A program made the translations under genes and the position numbers. From a virus (lineage: Duplodnaviria; Caudoviricetes), in IMG/VR virus record IMGVR_UViG_3300044724_006410, positions 1 through 36,065 of that record: a DNA stretch of 36,065 bases; one strand, 5' to 3'. Each line of letters opens with the position of its first letter. The first letter of the stretch is position 1. A model generated the notes under the pieces. It was not told the DNA's origin. It saw nothing but the letters and a program-made list of their open reading frames with translations, and did no database searches. Positions 36,040-36,065 of this stretch are shown here, piece by piece.

Positions 36040-36065
36040 CAGTCTCTCCTTTCAAAAATTTCATC
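36039..36065 (-). CDS. 3' end of an upstream gene (partial)
   Basis: ...DEIFERRD* with TGA overlapping the next ATG. Confidence 0.4.
   Translation of the reverse strand, partial: DEIFERRD

Noticed and set aside
1-36065. Bacterial chromosome or giant eukaryotic virus origin
   Set aside because: Host-like genes are interspersed with spanins, endolysin, fibre genes and T4-like late motifs; SD sites and overlapping genes indicate a bacteriophage.
1-36065. Alternative genetic code (stop-codon reassignment)
   Set aside because: Genes tile the window almost completely under the standard code, and TAA, TGA and TAG all appear as genuine stops.

Overview
This is a 36 kb, AT-rich (roughly one-third GC by eye), gene-dense segment of a large tailed-phage genome, most likely a jumbo myovirus of a Gram-negative and probably aquatic host. 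Almost all genes lie on the minus strand; phoH and a Zn-ribbon gene are the exceptions. From left to right it carries: virion genes; a proteostasis block (ClpA, peptide deformylase, DnaJ); a lysis cassette (holin-like protein, two lipoproteins, i-spanin, GH108 endolysin); PhoH, 7Fe ferredoxin, clamp loader, cytidylyltransferase, MazG-like and GroES-like genes; a stand-alone fragment of DNA polymerase III alpha; large baseplate/tail-fibre genes (751, 966 and 2198 aa); an IscA / eukaryote-type Cu,Zn-SOD / UvsE stress cluster; and a PMM / two 2OG-Fe(II) oxygenase / glycosyltransferase / QueD modification cluster. The most notable signals are a TAAATA late-promoter-like motif exactly 5 nt before five ATGs lacking a Shine-Dalgarno site (predicted leaderless mRNAs), a SOD1-like enzyme with a head-protein-like propeptide (possible virion-packaged SOD), a split DnaE, a degenerate QueD-like paralogue, and several small ORFs missed by the ORF track. 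No tRNA, CRISPR array or mobile element was seen. All family assignments come from motif recognition, not database searches.
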